DNA of 37,824 bases, taken from contig JAFDFT010000004.1 in NCBI GenBank assembly GCA_019309685.1, positions 1-37,824 of the forward strand, written 5' to 3'. This stretch comes from Deltaproteobacteria bacterium (lineage in GTDB: Bacteria; Desulfobacterota; Desulfobacteria; Desulfobacterales; JAABPS01). This document shows positions 36,711 through 37,824 of the stretch, piece by piece. The notes under the pieces were generated by a model, which did not search any database, was not told the origin of the DNA, and saw only the letters and a program-made list of their open reading frames with translations. Within the stretch, counting starts at the first letter, position 1. Every line of letters starts with the position of its first letter. A program made the translations under genes and the position numbers.

Positions 36711-37466
36711 TCAATCAAAATCCACTACCGAACTAAGTGTTTCCCCGATCTCAGTATTTAAAACCAAATCCGCAATCCCATCCATTCCTGTAGGGTCTCT
36801 GTTGATGATCACAAGTTTCGAACCGTTTCGCTTGGCCAGCTCCGGAAAACCAGCAGCAGGATAAACAACAAGGGACGACCCGATGGAAAGAAACAGGTCG
36901 CAGGCAAGTGTTTCCTCCTTTGACGCCTGCATTTCATCCACTGGCATGGCTTGGCCAAATGATATTGTTGCCGTTTTTATAATACCATCGCATTGATCGC
37001 ATATGGGAAGGGTTTCGTCTTTTGAAAATGTTGTTTCAATAACATCGAATTCATACCGCTTCCCGCATTCGAGGCAGGACGCGTAAGTTGCGTTGCCGTG
37101 TAGTTCTATGACATGTTCATCCGGAACACCTGATAATTGATGGAGGCCATCAATATTTTGTGTGATAACGCTGGCGACTTTACCCATTTGAACGAGTTTT
37201 GCGATGGCAAGGTGGCCCTTATTTGGCTTGGCTTGATCCATAATTTCGCTGGTGGCAAATTTCCGTCGCCATGATTCACGGCGCATCTCCTCAGACGCAA
37301 TGAAGTCCTGAAAATTGATGGGCTGGTATTTTGTCCATATCCCTCCCGGACTTCTGAAGTCGGGTATGCCGGATTCAGTACTGATCCCCGCGCCCGTAAA
37401 CACAACTCCCCGCTTGCATTCAGCTATCATGGATCGCAGTTTATCGGTTCCTTCTTTATCACTCAT
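36711..37466 (-). CDS. cobB: Sir2/CobB family NAD-dependent deacylase
   Basis: GAGISTESGIPDFRS, TQNIDGLH, ELHG, CxxC..CxxC, GSSLVVYPAA, INRD. Confidence 0.9.
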   Translation of the reverse strand: MSDKEGTDKLRSMIAECKRGVVFTGAGISTESGIPDFRSPGGIWTKYQPINFQDFIASEEMRRESWRRKFATSEIMDQAKPNKGHLAIAKLVQMGKVASVITQNIDGLHQLSGVPDEHVIELHGNATYASCLECGKRYEFDVIETTFSKDETLPICDQCDGIIKTATISFGQAMPVDEMQASKEETLACDLFLSIGSSLVVYPAAGFPELAKRNGSKLVIINRDPTGMDGIADLVLNTEIGETLSSVVDFD

Positions 37467-37525
37467 AGCTCCCCCTTATATGATAACGCGTACTTCGTTT
37501 TGTAATTACAACTGAATTATAGGAT

Positions 37526-37634
37526 GTCATTGGAGGAGCCCTTCGGCTATGCTCAGGATAGACGCCGCGACGAAGCAATCTAAACATCAGTGCTGCATAG
37601 GATAGAGATTGCTTCGGCTTCGCCTCGCAATGAC
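37526..37634. repeat. Family D palindrome (GTCATTG..CGAAGCAATC / GATTGCTTCG..CAATGAC) with a nested REP-like unit
   Basis: Long inverted arms; insert CCCTTCGGCTATGCTCAGG at 37539-37557. Confidence 0.75.
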
Positions 37635-37668
37635 TGTAATAACGATATATTAATTGAAAGACACTATA

Positions 37669-37824
37669 TTAGTTTCCATTTCTAATCAGCTTCCGGGCAA
37701 AAAAATCTTTCAAAATTTTGTTAAACCCGTAAGCAAGTTCGGTATTTTTTATCTCATCTTCACTAAACCATTTAAGACTTTGTCCTTCAGTAAGTGTTAT
37801 TTTGTTTATATCAATATCTTCTTT
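37669..37824 (-). CDS. C-terminal fragment of a gene entering from the right edge (probably a NUDIX hydrolase)
   Basis: KEDIDINKITLTEGQSLKWFSEDEIKNTELAYGFNKILKDFFARKLIRNGN*. L.EGQ...WF resembles NUDIX C-termini, but the Nudix box itself is not visible. Confidence 0.55.
   Translation of the reverse strand, partial: KEDIDINKITLTEGQSLKWFSEDEIKNTELAYGFNKILKDFFARKLIRNGN

Noticed and set aside
30617-37466. Patatin and Sir2 as anti-phage effectors (CBASS, Thoeris)
   Set aside because: The Sir2 is a canonical zinc-binding CobB type. There is no CD-NTase, TIR or other defence partner, and the two genes are about 5 kb apart.
1349-37515. Numerous 60-145 aa ORFs overlapping or antisense to the called genes
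   Set aside because: Shadow ORFs of well-supported CDSs, with no motifs or initiation signals.

Overview
Bacterial chromosomal window, most consistent with a sulfate-reducer-type deltaproteobacterium (Desulfobacterota/Desulfobacterales-like); this is inferred from gene content and repeat style, not from a search. Most genes are on the minus strand. From left to right: (1) an AT-rich block (about 1-3990) with a B12-dependent radical SAM enzyme cut off by the window edge and absent from the ORF track, a GNAT, a DegT-family aminotransferase and a secreted Cys-rich protein; (2) a complete livKHMGF ABC operon and the divergent nadK; (3) a VOC gene, an unannotated 48-aa CxxC/CxxC microprotein behind a perfect FNR-type box, a bifunctional class II aldolase/SDR and an orphan lsrF; (4) an LPP20-like gene, then panC-metK, with panC probably starting at AUU; (5) a split-subunit Mrp antiporter cluster bracketed by a cytidylate-kinase-like gene and a cNMP-binding gene; (6) DUF3795, DUF4126, YihY, patatin, NUDIX and a K+ channel; (7) a sirtuin, GNAT, Aur1-like PAP2, DAG-kinase-family and HAD-IB run. 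Many intergenic gaps hold non-autonomous MITE/REP-like palindromes from at least four families. These are nested inside one another and often abut stop codons. Best candidates for undescribed systems: an lsrF + aldolase/SDR deoxy-ketose-phosphate salvage route (possibly for 5'-deoxyadenosine), an Aur1-like lipid head-group transfer module, and the nested miniature elements. No rRNA, tRNA, CRISPR array or transposase gene was seen.
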